The notes beneath the pieces are model-generated. The model made no database searches and had not been told where the DNA came from. It saw nothing but the letters and a program-made list of their open reading frames with translations. The translations under genes and the position numbers were made by a program. 32,000 nucleotides of DNA, taken from assembly GCA_000166095.1 (NCBI GenBank), contig CP002278.1:150001-182000 (forward strand). Direction: 5' to 3'. Below are positions 17,523 through 27,076 of the stretch, in pieces; the stretch's first letter is position 1; each line of letters begins with the position of its first letter. This stretch comes from Methanothermus fervidus DSM 2088 (lineage in GTDB: Archaea; Methanobacteriota; Methanobacteria; DSM-2088; Methanothermaceae).

Positions 17523-17768
17523 TTAATCCGCCAAAGAAACTTTAACAACGCCGTCTTCATCTTTAACGGCTTTAACTTTTATTTTGGGAGGTATTTTCTG
17601 AATTCCTCTTTCCCAGACTTTTTCATTTACGGAACGATCTATTTTAACTTCTTCTGCTTTCATATGTCTCTTCATAAATTCTCTTATAAATCTAATTGCT
17701 CTTGGTGCCCTGATGGTCCGTGGTACATTCTTTACCTTTCTTAAAGGTATTGTATAAACTCTCTCCAT
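17523..17768 (-). CDS. rpl31e: 50S ribosomal protein L31e
   Basis: [31 protein letters not shown]. The ATG at 17768 is preceded by AGGTGAGGA; the ORF track starts at the GTG at 17777. Confidence 0.9.
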   Translation of the reverse strand: MERVYTIPLRKVKNVPRTIRAPRAIRFIREFMKRHMKAEEVKIDRSVNEKVWERGIQKIPPKIKVKAVKDEDGVVKVSLAD

Positions 17769-17777
17769 AATCCTCAC

Positions 17778-17933
17778 CTATACTTTAAGTTTATTTCTTC
17801 TCCAATGTCTTTCTTTTGGATTTCTAATGTTCCTTCTGCCTGTTTTTAACATTACCCACGCAGGTACACGTCTATTCTGTCTCATGGCTTTAGATAACCT
17901 TATTTTTTTTGCTAAATGTTTGTTTCTACTCAT
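17778..17933 (-). CDS. rpl39e: 50S ribosomal protein L39e (51 aa; absent from the supplied ORF track)
   Basis: Hand translation of the minus strand gives [51 protein letters not shown], with the stop TAG at 17778-17780. Confidence 0.9.
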   Translation of the reverse strand: MSRNKHLAKKIRLSKAMRQNRRVPAWVMLKTGRRNIRNPKERHWRRNKLKV

Positions 17934-17937
17934 GCTA

Positions 17938-18522
17938 TCACTTCCAGCCTATAACTTGTGTTTGATAATGAGATGGTGGAAAATATGATTCAGGTTTTTC
18001 TCCTATTTTTTTTATTAGATATCTTATCTCCACTTCATAATCTGAAGTTTTCATAAGTTTACTATCTATTTTCCTTAATTTAAACAACCGGGCAGATAAC
18101 CTATTTATGGTTTTATGCCCCATACCTCTTAAAGTTATATATTCTATATCATTTTTATCTTCAAGACTTCTTATTTCATCGATATTTAATTTGGGGACCC
18201 TATCATCCCTTCTTGTACCATCTGCAACAACAGGGTACTTTTTAGCAACTTTTTCAACAACTTTTTTATGTAAATAATTTATGCCATTATTTGGAAATCC
18301 ATCCTCAAGTATTTTTTCTACAGCTTTAATAATGATTTTTTTATTTAATTTTAATACTTTATGTTCAAAGTCTAAAGCCTTTGCAGATTCAGCAGCAGCT
18401 TTCCATGAATCATAAATTCCAAAATTAACTGTTACAAGTTCAACATCCATACCTAATCTATCGAGAATCGTAGCCATTAATGAACTATCTTTTCCACCAC
18501 TGAATAAAACACATGCTTTCAT
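17938..18522 (-). CDS. PP-loop (SGGKDS) ATP-pyrophosphatase superfamily protein, function unknown
   Basis: [18 protein letters not shown]-terminal PP-loop, and ADGTRRDD mid-protein. About 194 aa from the ATG at 18522. Confidence 0.6.
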   Translation of the reverse strand: MKACVLFSGGKDSSLMATILDRLGMDVELVTVNFGIYDSWKAAAESAKALDFEHKVLKLNKKIIIKAVEKILEDGFPNNGINYLHKKVVEKVAKKYPVVADGTRRDDRVPKLNIDEIRSLEDKNDIEYITLRGMGHKTINRLSARLFKLRKIDSKLMKTSDYEVEIRYLIKKIGEKPESYFPPSHYQTQVIGWK

Positions 18523-18524
18523 CA

Positions 18525-18869
18525 CTACATCCTTTTAATTCTTATTCTTCTTCTCTTACTGCTAATCTTCCTTAACAATTCTTTTAATTGTTTATCAGTT
18601 ATTCTTGAACGAAGCTGACCTGCACTAGCTAGCTGAATTAGCTGAAGTTCTAACTGTTCTACAAGTTCAGGCCTTGCTAATCTTAAGTTTGCTAATCTGC
18701 TTCTAGCTTGTGGTGTTAATATTCTCCTCAATATATGTCTCTTCTGAATCTCAAATTGTCTTCGAATTTGTTCCTTTTGAGCCTCTGATACTTGTTCCCT
18801 TTCTTCAGCCATTGCTTTACGTTGTAATTCTAACAATTTTCTACGTCTTATTTCTTCAATATCTGTCAA
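18525..18869 (-). CDS. PDCD5/TFAR19-like DNA-binding protein
   Basis: 114 aa with LTPQARSRLANLRLARPELVEQLELQLIQLA. It sits in the conserved archaeal position next to rps19e. Confidence 0.8.
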   Translation of the reverse strand: MTDIEEIRRRKLLELQRKAMAEEREQVSEAQKEQIRRQFEIQKRHILRRILTPQARSRLANLRLARPELVEQLELQLIQLASAGQLRSRITDKQLKELLRKISSKRRRIRIKRM

Positions 18870-18891
18870 TATATCATCTCCTTTTATAAAT

Positions 18892-19335
18892 TTAATATTT
18901 ACTAAGCTCAGGAATCTTTTTCTTGATTTTATGTGATAATTTATCTAGGAAAGATCTACCTTCAGGTGTGATAATCCTTCCTTCATCGGTTTTTTCTACA
19001 AATCCAAGTTTTTCTAATTGTTGTAGTCCTTTTCTTACAATTGCTCCGCTGCCTCTCCTAAATCTCTCAGGCCTGGCACCTCTATCCTTTCTTCCACCAT
19101 ACCAAGTTCTTAAACGATTAACACCTACAGGTCCATCCAAATATATGCGTCTAAGTAAAGATGCCAATCTTATGTACCACCAATCAGGATTATCAGGACG
19201 ACGCTCTTTGTGTACACCTGTTTTTACAAACTTAGCCCATTCAGGTGGTTTTATTTCGGATTTTTTCTTTAATTCTTTTGCAACTTCCTCTATAAGTAAA
19301 TCTGCAGGCACATCATAAACTGTTGTCATTTGCAA
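18892..19335 (-). CDS. rps19e: 30S ribosomal protein S19e
   Basis: [20 protein letters not shown]...[35 protein letters not shown]. Confidence 0.92.
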   Translation of the reverse strand: MQMTTVYDVPADLLIEEVAKELKKKSEIKPPEWAKFVKTGVHKERRPDNPDWWYIRLASLLRRIYLDGPVGVNRLRTWYGGRKDRGARPERFRRGSGAIVRKGLQQLEKLGFVEKTDEGRIITPEGRSFLDKLSHKIKKKIPELSKY

Positions 19336-19339
19336 CCTC

Positions 19340-19603
19340 CTAGTTTTTGTTTTTAAATAATACTGCCGTATTACCTCTCAAGTCTACTAATGAAGCACCA
19401 GTTTTTCTGATTATCTCTTCTAAATATTCATTTTTTCTTGTAGATATAGTTTTAGCAAATCTTATTTTAATCACCTTTTTTGCCTTTAATTGCCTTTTAA
19501 TTTCATTTATTAGATTATTTGTAATTCCGCGTTTCCCTATATTTACAGTCACTGCTGTAAGTGATTTACGCATTAACTCTTTTTTTCTTTTTATAACTTT
19601 CAA
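19340..19603 (-). CDS. YhbY/CRM-domain RNA-binding protein
   Basis: [30 protein letters not shown] matches the CRS1/YhbY pattern. The TTG at 19603 has AAGGAG 8 nt upstream; an alternative ATG lies at 19573. Either start overlaps the rnp4 3' end. Confidence 0.75.
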   Translation of the reverse strand: MKVIKRKKELMRKSLTAVTVNIGKRGITNNLINEIKRQLKAKKVIKIRFAKTISTRKNEYLEEIIRKTGASLVDLRGNTAVLFKNKN

Positions 19604-19928
19604 GTTTCATTCTCCTTTTTTCTTTTTTTTCTTTAATATATGGATACCTCATTATATGCCCACATTCAAGACATTTAATTTTCACTTTTCCTCCTGAAAC
19701 TCTTATCCTACTATTATAACCTGGTTTTAAAAATTTATAGCATTTTTTGCAAAATCTTCTTTTCCAAATTCTAGGTATTCTAATATTGTATTTCATTGCT
19801 ATATTTCTTGCTATTTCTACATATCTATGAGATCTCTCTGGGTGCTTATGAAATTCTCTTTCAGCGAGATTAAATAAAATATTGATTCTTTCTAATGCTA
19901 TTCTGATCATCCATCTAGGTCTTCTCAA
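19566..19928 (-). CDS. rnp4: RNase P protein component 4 (Rpp21 homolog)
   Basis: [15 protein letters not shown]...[13 protein letters not shown] plus the zinc ribbon CKKCYKFL...CLECGH. The TTG start has AAGAGGT 5 nt upstream. Confidence 0.85.
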   Translation of the reverse strand: MRRPRWMIRIALERINILFNLAEREFHKHPERSHRYVEIARNIAMKYNIRIPRIWKRRFCKKCYKFLKPGYNSRIRVSGGKVKIKCLECGHIMRYPYIKEKKEKRRMKLESYKKKKRVNA

Positions 19929-19939
19929 ACTAGAACCTC

Positions 19940-20497
19940 TTAGTACTCATTTGAATTCTTGAATTTTTCTCTAACAAAATCCTCTAAAAAATCTATTTTA
20001 CCTGGTTTAAAAATTTTCTTTCCATTAATTATCTCAACTATTAAATTACAAACATCATTGGGTAATAAATTAGTTGTATCAATTTCATGAACTTTATATC
20101 CATGAATTGATAATGCCTCATGAGTACAAACTCCAAGGGCTTCAGCTTCAACATTTTCCATTATTTTGGATTTATTGTATCCTCTTTTTTCCAATCTTTT
20201 TTTTAGATGTGATGGATGTAATCTTAACACAATTACAAAGTCAGCTGAATGACAAAGATGAGAAAGATGGCCTTCGACAATCCATATATTTTTATCTGAA
20301 GCTATTTTATTTATTTCTTTACATAATTTTTTTAAGTCCACAATTACGCTGTTCCTTTTTTCATCTAAACCTATATACAAACTTTTTTCTTTCACTAATT
20401 CATTTATATTTATAACTTTAGCAGATAATTTCTTTGCTAAGAGTTTTGATACAGTTGTCTTTCCAACTCCTGGAGTACCTGTCAAAAATATTTTCAT
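19940..20497 (-). CDS. Fap7/AK6-type putative adenylate kinase / NTPase
   Basis: [16 protein letters not shown]-loop. It is 185 aa and sits in the conserved position near rnp4. Confidence 0.8.
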   Translation of the reverse strand: MKIFLTGTPGVGKTTVSKLLAKKLSAKVININELVKEKSLYIGLDEKRNSVIVDLKKLCKEINKIASDKNIWIVEGHLSHLCHSADFVIVLRLHPSHLKKRLEKRGYNKSKIMENVEAEALGVCTHEALSIHGYKVHEIDTTNLLPNDVCNLIVEIINGKKIFKPGKIDFLEDFVREKFKNSNEY

Positions 20498-21270
20498 AAT
20501 AATCTTTCTCTAATTAATTCTGCAACTTTTTTTCCTGATAGTAACATTCCACCAAAAATCGGTCCCATTCTATAAGATCCATAGACAGAATTAGCAGCCA
20601 TCCCGGCAACATATAGGTTAGGATATACTTCACCCGTATTTTTTATGACTGCTTTTTCACCTTTTTCTGCCCACATTGGTTTTTCTCCAACTATCCTACC
20701 AGTTTCTGTATTTAATACAGGACCTAATTTTTTTTCTACAGCCTTTACAACTTCACAATCATGTCCTGTAGCATCTATTACAAATTTAGATTTTATAACA
20801 AGTGGGTCAACATGAATTTTAGCCATTTCTGCTGCAGTCCAATTAACAACTATTCCAGAAATTTTTTTATTTTTTATAACAATGTCCTCTATGTTTATTA
20901 AATTAAAAATTTTGAGCCCTGATTTGCATGCCTTTGAAGCTAGCGTTGTTATCATCTCTATAGCATCTGCAACATAATAATTATTTTCATATCTTTCAGT
21001 GTTTACATCAAATTCATCTAATATTTTCTTACCTTCTTCTTGTACTACTATTTTATTAAACATCATTCCGCCGCCCCATGCACCGCCACCTATGGAAACT
21101 CTTTTTTCAAATAATGCTACTTTGAAACCTTCTTTAGCAAGATAATAACCTGCTGTTATCCCTGAAGGTCCTCCACCAGCAATTGCAACATCTAGATTAG
21201 TGTTATCAATTAATTCTTCCATATATTTACTTATAATAGCCTTAGAAATTGTAACTTCGTTTAACACCAT
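20494..21270 (-). CDS. thi4: thiamine thiazole synthase Thi4 family
   Basis: FAD/NAD-binding motif [23 protein letters not shown], and 258 aa. ATGA overlap with the downstream gene. Confidence 0.9.
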   Translation of the reverse strand: MVLNEVTISKAIISKYMEELIDNTNLDVAIAGGGPSGITAGYYLAKEGFKVALFEKRVSIGGGAWGGGMMFNKIVVQEEGKKILDEFDVNTERYENNYYVADAIEMITTLASKACKSGLKIFNLINIEDIVIKNKKISGIVVNWTAAEMAKIHVDPLVIKSKFVIDATGHDCEVVKAVEKKLGPVLNTETGRIVGEKPMWAEKGEKAVIKNTGEVYPNLYVAGMAANSVYGSYRMGPIFGGMLLSGKKVAELIRERLL

Positions 21271-21273
21271 AAA

Positions 21274-22353
21274 TTACACCTTTTTTATTATCTGAACAAT
21301 ATCTCCATCCTCAAGAACATGTTCTAATCCTACTTTCTGACCATTGAATTTTGCAGATTTTCCCCATACCCTTGCATATCTGAAATCCTCTAAAAAGCTT
21401 TTATGTAATTTTTTACAAACATCTTCGATAGTACATCCCTTTCTCATAATTAAAGGTTCTTTATAATTTGGGTCCTTACCAGGTTTTTTTGTGTAGATAC
21501 GTATAAGATTTAAATTTTTAAATATTTCTTCTTTGAGTTTATCAATATTTAAATTATTTTTTGCTGAAACTAGGATAGCATCTGGAAATTTAGATTTAAC
21601 ATGTTTAAGATATTCTTTATTCACCAAATCTATTTTGTTCACAACTTTTAAAACAGGTATATATGTTCTATTTCCGGCTATTGCATCTATGAATCTATCT
21701 ACATCAAACTTCTCTCTTATAATTACATCAGCACTGTAGATATTATATTCACGTAAAATAGATCTGACAACTTCTTCATCAACTTTATTTGTTGAATAAA
21801 TATTGATTCCGCCTCTTTCTTTCTTTTTGATGCGTATATCAGGAGGTTTTTCTCCAGGTCTAATATCTACATTCCTTAGTTCATTTATAATAGTGTCGTA
21901 ATCTAAATTAAACACATCCATTACTACAACAATTAAATCTGCGGCTCTAACTGATGAAAGTACTTCTCTACCTCTTCCTTTACCTTCTGAAGCACCTTTG
22001 ATTATACCTGGAATATCAAATATCTGTATTTTTGCACCTTTGTATTCAAGCATTCCTGGAACTATGTTGAGTGTTGTAAATTGATAATTCCCAACTTTTG
22101 ATTCGGCATTAGTAAGTTTATTCAATAATGTAGATTTTCCAACTGATGGAAATCCTACTAAAACAACTGTTGCATCACCAGTTTTTTTAATTAAAAAACC
22201 TTTACCTTTAGATTTCCCAGATTTTTTTGAGGCTTCTTCTCTTAATTTTGCAATTCTTGCCTTTAATCTTCCAATGTGTCGAGCAGTCGCCTTATTATAG
22301 GGCGTTCTTCTTATTTCTTCTTCTAGTTCTTTTATCATTTTTTCTATATCCAT
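21274..22353 (-). CDS. DRG-family (developmentally regulated) GTPase with TGS domain
   Basis: I choose the start MDIEKMIKELEEEIRRTPYNKAT (ATG at 22353), which matches DRG N-termini and avoids overlap with aglB. G1 motif is GFPSVGKSTLLNKLT, and there is a C-terminal TGS-like GDIVQI. Confidence 0.9.
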   Translation of the reverse strand: MDIEKMIKELEEEIRRTPYNKATARHIGRLKARIAKLREEASKKSGKSKGKGFLIKKTGDATVVLVGFPSVGKSTLLNKLTNAESKVGNYQFTTLNIVPGMLEYKGAKIQIFDIPGIIKGASEGKGRGREVLSSVRAADLIVVVMDVFNLDYDTIINELRNVDIRPGEKPPDIRIKKKERGGINIYSTNKVDEEVVRSILREYNIYSADVIIREKFDVDRFIDAIAGNRTYIPVLKVVNKIDLVNKEYLKHVKSKFPDAILVSAKNNLNIDKLKEEIFKNLNLIRIYTKKPGKDPNYKEPLIMRKGCTIEDVCKKLHKSFLEDFRYARVWGKSAKFNGQKVGLEHVLEDGDIVQIIKKV

Positions 22354-22357
22354 TCTA

Positions 22358-24931
22358 TCACTGAGCAGTCCATATTGAAACTCCTGGTTCTGAATGTAGA
22401 TACTTAAATGTTGTCTGGTTAAAACCTCCAAGTATGAATAATTTTGTAAAGACTGAATCTTCAAGTTGTTTATCCATAACTATTGTTACATATGATCCTC
22501 CTTGGCCAATTACGACTAATCCGTAATTACTATCTTTATCAACTATTTCATTCTTTACAACACGATTTCCTTCAATTATTACTAACTTATGTGGTTTAAC
22601 TTCATTTAAATTACCTTTTGTACCCATGAGAATTGTTGCATTTATTTCATTAGCTTTTTTCTCAATTTTTGTACATATCATCTGATTTTGCATTACTTCG
22701 TTTATTGTGTATATCACGGTTTTATCCTTTTCTTTCTGTGGTGGAGACACTTGTTGTGAGATGTGGTAGAAGTAATGAGTACCATTTTTTGTTTCAAAGT
22801 TCCAGCTTCCGAAATATGACCACCATGCTGCTTTGGGTATCATATCTGAACTACATACAAGTACAAATGGTCTTTTCTTGTCTGGATGTGTATATTGTAA
22901 AATAGTATCTGCTTGTTGAGGTGTAAGCTTATATTCATTTATCATTATGTTTCTAGCTTCTGATTTTGGAACACCCAATGTTTTATCTAATATTTCAACA
23001 GTTTTTGCGGTGTCGTGTGTGTAATTATCCAATGTTAAATATGCTTTATCACCACTACTTGCCAACATTCTTAAAATTCCGGCTGATAATGTTTCATTGT
23101 TAGTTAGCAACGCTTTACCTATCCAATATGCTCTAGGCGTGTTCTGAGAACCACCATCAAATGTTACAGGTCTATCTGCTTCATAAGTGAAAAAGTGCCC
23201 AAAGTCCCACCAGGACATAATTACGGTTCCCGGTGTCGTATGATCTTTAATCCATTTTGTTGCATTGTACATTCCTGTATTTGATGATGGGACGATCTGA
23301 GATGCAAATTGTTGTGCTCCATATATTGAAGGAGTTGCAGCGACTCCTACAATCAATAGTGCAATTATAACCGATCTTAACGAATGTTTCCTTACAATAT
23401 AAACTAAAATAGCTGAAATAATTCCAGCTAAAAATTTCATTTGGACTGTTGGTGCAAATGGCGACGCGGCTAATATACCACAGATAAATGCAAGTGTTAA
23501 GGCTGTAAGTTCTGCACGAACATGTTTTTTCACGAAATCTGCAGCAAAACCAACAAAAATTCCTGCAGAAAGTGACATTGGTATTGAAAATGGTTCAGCA
23601 AATCTTATACCCTTCGTTACTGCATAACCTGCCATAATACTCCAAATTGTAAATAACACAGCATAAAATAAATGTTCTATTTGAATATCTCTTGATACTT
23701 CTTCACTTATTCTTCTTTTTCTTTTCTTAAATTTACTTGTTTTACCTGCTCTAATTTTTGGAGTAGTTTTAAGGAAATCTTTTGTCAATGAAAATTCACT
23801 CCTATATATAGAACCAGCTTTCCATAAGAGAGCAATTATCCCTGCAACACCTAATAGAAATACCCCAAGTCCTCCTATTTGACCAACAGCTGACATTTGA
23901 TTAGGTAAAAATACAGACCCTGGTTTTCCAGGTATGGGCATTACAAAGGGAGGAACTTGCAACTCAGCAACTGAAATATATACGTTAGGATATGAAGATG
24001 TTTGAGTCAATGCTTGCATTTGTACTGCACCTACTAACTGAGACAATGCATTAGGTATCGCTGATGGACCACCACCTATCGTTAATATGCCACCACAAAT
24101 GATAGCTACAATCAACAATGCTAATAACTCTCTTTGTCCTTTTATCCAATCTAGCTTGCTTACATATTCTACCTTTCCTCTCTCTATGAAGTATCTCAGT
24201 CCGAAGTATACAAGTGCAACCACAAAAATAACTGCTAGGTAGAATACATATCCAACCCATGAAAGTGAGAATAATATTATTGATATGGCCGTGGCTACAG
24301 CAAATATAACCCTACGTTTAAACGTTTTTGCAACTATACTTTCAGCAAAAAACCACATAATTAATATTGGGAACAAAACGTTAAACATAGCCGTACGGAA
24401 CAGTCCAGCGAAGGTGTGTGCAAAATACACAGGTGCAAATGCTACTAAGAGTGCTGCTGTAATACCACCATAATCATTAGTTATTTTTCTTACAAATAGA
24501 TATGCAGGAATTACAACGAGAGATCCTATAAATGCACCTGTCCAAAATGCTACCACAGGCAATGAAACTTTTTTAAAGATATTAACAAACTTATAAAGGA
24601 AAGAGGTAACATAGACAATCATTGGTGGATAATCAACTGGTCTACCTGGTGGATAGTAGGAGTGTAGGTCCCAATCTTTACCATTTACTTTAGTATCTCC
24701 CAACATTCCTTTTGTTAAAAAATTAGTTGTTAAACGTAAGTTGTAGTATGAATCTATTTCACTAAAGTAAGGTAATCCTGTAGATGGATCTTTGTAGAAG
24801 TTTTTTTGGTCTGGAGGAACGCCTCCAATGTTTACGGCCTCTGATCTTATATAAAATGCTAATGAAAAAAGGATAGCAATGATGGCTATTTGTTTAATAG
24901 TGTTTAGCATTTTTTTCTTCACTATGACCAC
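22358..24931 (-). CDS. aglB: archaeal oligosaccharyltransferase AglB (STT3 family)
   Basis: The N-terminal half is polytopic, with EIDSYYNLR (first acidic motif) and SWWDFGHFF (WWDYG motif), followed by a large C-terminal soluble domain. The start is ambiguous among the GTG at 24931, GTG at 24922 and ATG at 24910. Confidence 0.9.
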   Translation of the reverse strand: MVIVKKKMLNTIKQIAIIAILFSLAFYIRSEAVNIGGVPPDQKNFYKDPSTGLPYFSEIDSYYNLRLTTNFLTKGMLGDTKVNGKDWDLHSYYPPGRPVDYPPMIVYVTSFLYKFVNIFKKVSLPVVAFWTGAFIGSLVVIPAYLFVRKITNDYGGITAALLVAFAPVYFAHTFAGLFRTAMFNVLFPILIMWFFAESIVAKTFKRRVIFAVATAISIILFSLSWVGYVFYLAVIFVVALVYFGLRYFIERGKVEYVSKLDWIKGQRELLALLIVAIICGGILTIGGGPSAIPNALSQLVGAVQMQALTQTSSYPNVYISVAELQVPPFVMPIPGKPGSVFLPNQMSAVGQIGGLGVFLLGVAGIIALLWKAGSIYRSEFSLTKDFLKTTPKIRAGKTSKFKKRKRRISEEVSRDIQIEHLFYAVLFTIWSIMAGYAVTKGIRFAEPFSIPMSLSAGIFVGFAADFVKKHVRAELTALTLAFICGILAASPFAPTVQMKFLAGIISAILVYIVRKHSLRSVIIALLIVGVAATPSIYGAQQFASQIVPSSNTGMYNATKWIKDHTTPGTVIMSWWDFGHFFTYEADRPVTFDGGSQNTPRAYWIGKALLTNNETLSAGILRMLASSGDKAYLTLDNYTHDTAKTVEILDKTLGVPKSEARNIMINEYKLTPQQADTILQYTHPDKKRPFVLVCSSDMIPKAAWWSYFGSWNFETKNGTHYFYHISQQVSPPQKEKDKTVIYTINEVMQNQMICTKIEKKANEINATILMGTKGNLNEVKPHKLVIIEGNRVVKNEIVDKDSNYGLVVIGQGGSYVTIVMDKQLEDSVFTKLFILGGFNQTTFKYLHSEPGVSIWTAQ

Positions 24932-24932
24932 C

Positions 24933-27050
24933 TCAAATAGATCTTACATATTTACATTTTGGGAATCCTTTACAACCTACAAACTTACCATATCTCCCTG
25001 ATTTTATTATTAAATCATTTCCACATTTAGGGCATTTCCCAACTATTTTTTCTTCATCTATTTTTTTACCACATTTAGGATTTAAGCATGCTACACGTCT
25101 GGGGTTGCCATATGATATTAAGGGTAAACCACATCTCTTACATTTACTTTCCAAAATTATTGCATTTTTTGGAAGTGAATAAGTAACTTTACATGCGGGG
25201 TAATTTGAACATCCTACAAATCTTTTTTTGTATTTTTGGGAATACCTGATTATTAAATTTCCACCACATTTGCATTTACCTATAATTTTTGATTTTTTAT
25301 ATGCATTATATAATTCTTCCCCTATTTCTTTTTGCTTATCTTCAATACTATTTAATATATCTTTAACTTCATTTTTAGCTTCAGTAATCACGTTTTCTTT
25401 ATTAATTTCTCCTTTTATTATTCTTTTTATCTTTTTTTCAAATTCTCTTGTGAGTTTTTCACTAGTAATTTTCTTACAATATTTTTTTAAGATATTAATT
25501 ATTTTTATTCCAAGTGGTTTAACTTTAATCTTCCTACCTTCTATATATTTCCTGTCATACAATGCAGATATTATTTCTGCCCTAGTTGATTTCGTACCTA
25601 AACCTCTAACTTCCATTTCTTTAATTAAAGATGCTGCAGTATACCTAGCAGGTGGTTTGGTTTTTTTCTCCTCTTTAATGATTTTTTCAATTTTTAATTT
25701 ATCCCCTTCCTTAATTTCTGGAAATTCTTCATTTTTGACACTTGTATAAGGATAAAAACTCATCCAACCTTCTTTAATTATTTTTTGTTTATTAAAAATA
25801 AATTCATAATCATTTATGGATAATACTCCTCTTAAATTTGCAATTTTGGCTTTATCAGCAAAAACTGCAATAAATCTATGAACTATCAACTCATATAATT
25901 TTGATTCATCTTCATTCAAATTTTTTGGCATTACACCTGTCGGATGGATTGCCGGATGAGCTTCATCAGTTTTTTTACCTTCATACGGTTTAAATGGCTT
26001 TGATAATTTACTTATATATCTTTCGAACTTGGGATTTTTAGATAATCCCTCAAATATTTTCTCATAATCAATACTTGGTGGTAATTTCTGAGAAGAAGTT
26101 CTAGGATATGAAATGTAACCACCAAGATATAAATTTTGAGCCAGAGATTGTGTTTTTCTAGGGCTAAATCCAAACAATCTATATGCTTCTGATTGCAAGG
26201 TTGTTAAGTCAAAAGGAACTGGGGGATTTCTGTATCTTTTAGTAATTTTCACAGATTTTACTATAGCATTTTTATTTTTACATTCTTTAACAATTTTTAA
26301 TGCTTTATTTTTATCAAATATTTTTTGTTCTTTAAATTTTGCCGTAAAGAATTTAGTTTTAGCTTCGATGACCCAATATGTTTTTGGTTTAAATTTTTTG
26401 ATTTCTCTTTCTCTATCCACCAATATAGAGAGAGTAGGGGTTTGAACCCTGCCAGCTGATAGTTTGACGAATTTTTTTGTGGAATTCTGAATAGAGTTCA
26501 TCAATGCCCTAGAGATGTTAACACCAAATAAAAAATCAAGAAAATGTCTTGTGATTCCTCCATTAACCTGGCCATAATCTATAGATGTGAGATTTTCATA
26601 TGCTTTTCTTATATCTCTCTTTGTTAAGGTTGAAAATTTCATTCGTAGTGATTTTTTTAAAGATTTTTTGCCTATACAATACCTTAATACATTGTAACCT
26701 ATTAAAGTTCCTTCTATATCATAATCACAGGCATGTATATATCTATCTGCTTTTTTACCCAATTTTTTTATTGCATCAATATAATTTTTAATGTATTTTC
26801 GTTTTTTATCAACTAAATAAACAGGTGTCCACTCTAAATCAAAAAAATAATCTTTCTTTTTATTTGAAGGTGCTAAAGTATATAAGTGTCCTACAGCAGG
26901 TACTACCAATATTTTTTTGTCAGTTTTTTTAATTTCCCAATATGGTACATTTTTGTATTTTTTCTTTTTTGTTGATGAAGATAAGGAATTAGCAATCTTC
27001 TCTGCTGCTTGTGGTTTTTCACAAATTATAACTTCATTTACGAGAGTCAT
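24933..27050 (-). CDS. topA: type IA DNA topoisomerase (archaeal TopA/Topo III-like) with three C-terminal zinc ribbons
   Basis: Toprim motifs ICEKPQAAEKIA and ACDYDIEG, and active-site Tyr region GGYISYPRTSS. C-terminal CxxC...CxxxxC units occur three times (for example CPKCGNDL...GCKGFPKCK). Confidence 0.9.
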   Translation of the reverse strand: MTLVNEVIICEKPQAAEKIANSLSSSTKKKKYKNVPYWEIKKTDKKILVVPAVGHLYTLAPSNKKKDYFFDLEWTPVYLVDKKRKYIKNYIDAIKKLGKKADRYIHACDYDIEGTLIGYNVLRYCIGKKSLKKSLRMKFSTLTKRDIRKAYENLTSIDYGQVNGGITRHFLDFLFGVNISRALMNSIQNSTKKFVKLSAGRVQTPTLSILVDREREIKKFKPKTYWVIEAKTKFFTAKFKEQKIFDKNKALKIVKECKNKNAIVKSVKITKRYRNPPVPFDLTTLQSEAYRLFGFSPRKTQSLAQNLYLGGYISYPRTSSQKLPPSIDYEKIFEGLSKNPKFERYISKLSKPFKPYEGKKTDEAHPAIHPTGVMPKNLNEDESKLYELIVHRFIAVFADKAKIANLRGVLSINDYEFIFNKQKIIKEGWMSFYPYTSVKNEEFPEIKEGDKLKIEKIIKEEKKTKPPARYTAASLIKEMEVRGLGTKSTRAEIISALYDRKYIEGRKIKVKPLGIKIINILKKYCKKITSEKLTREFEKKIKRIIKGEINKENVITEAKNEVKDILNSIEDKQKEIGEELYNAYKKSKIIGKCKCGGNLIIRYSQKYKKRFVGCSNYPACKVTYSLPKNAIILESKCKRCGLPLISYGNPRRVACLNPKCGKKIDEEKIVGKCPKCGNDLIIKSGRYGKFVGCKGFPKCKYVRSI

Positions 27051-27076
27051 AAACAGTCACTTCACCACACTAGTAA

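Noticed and set aside
22354-22464. N-terminal 37-codon extension of the DRG GTPase ORF (track start 22464), which overlaps the aglB 3' end
   Set aside because: The extension (MKIQSLQNYSYLEV...) has no counterpart in DRG N-termini. The ATG at 22353 gives the canonical MDIEKMIKELEEEIRRTPYNKAT start, 4 nt after the aglB stop.
25228-25749. 173-aa plus-strand ORF antisense to topA (also 26600..26791)
   Set aside because: These are Phe/Leu/Ile/Ser-rich shadow frames of topA with no family resemblance.
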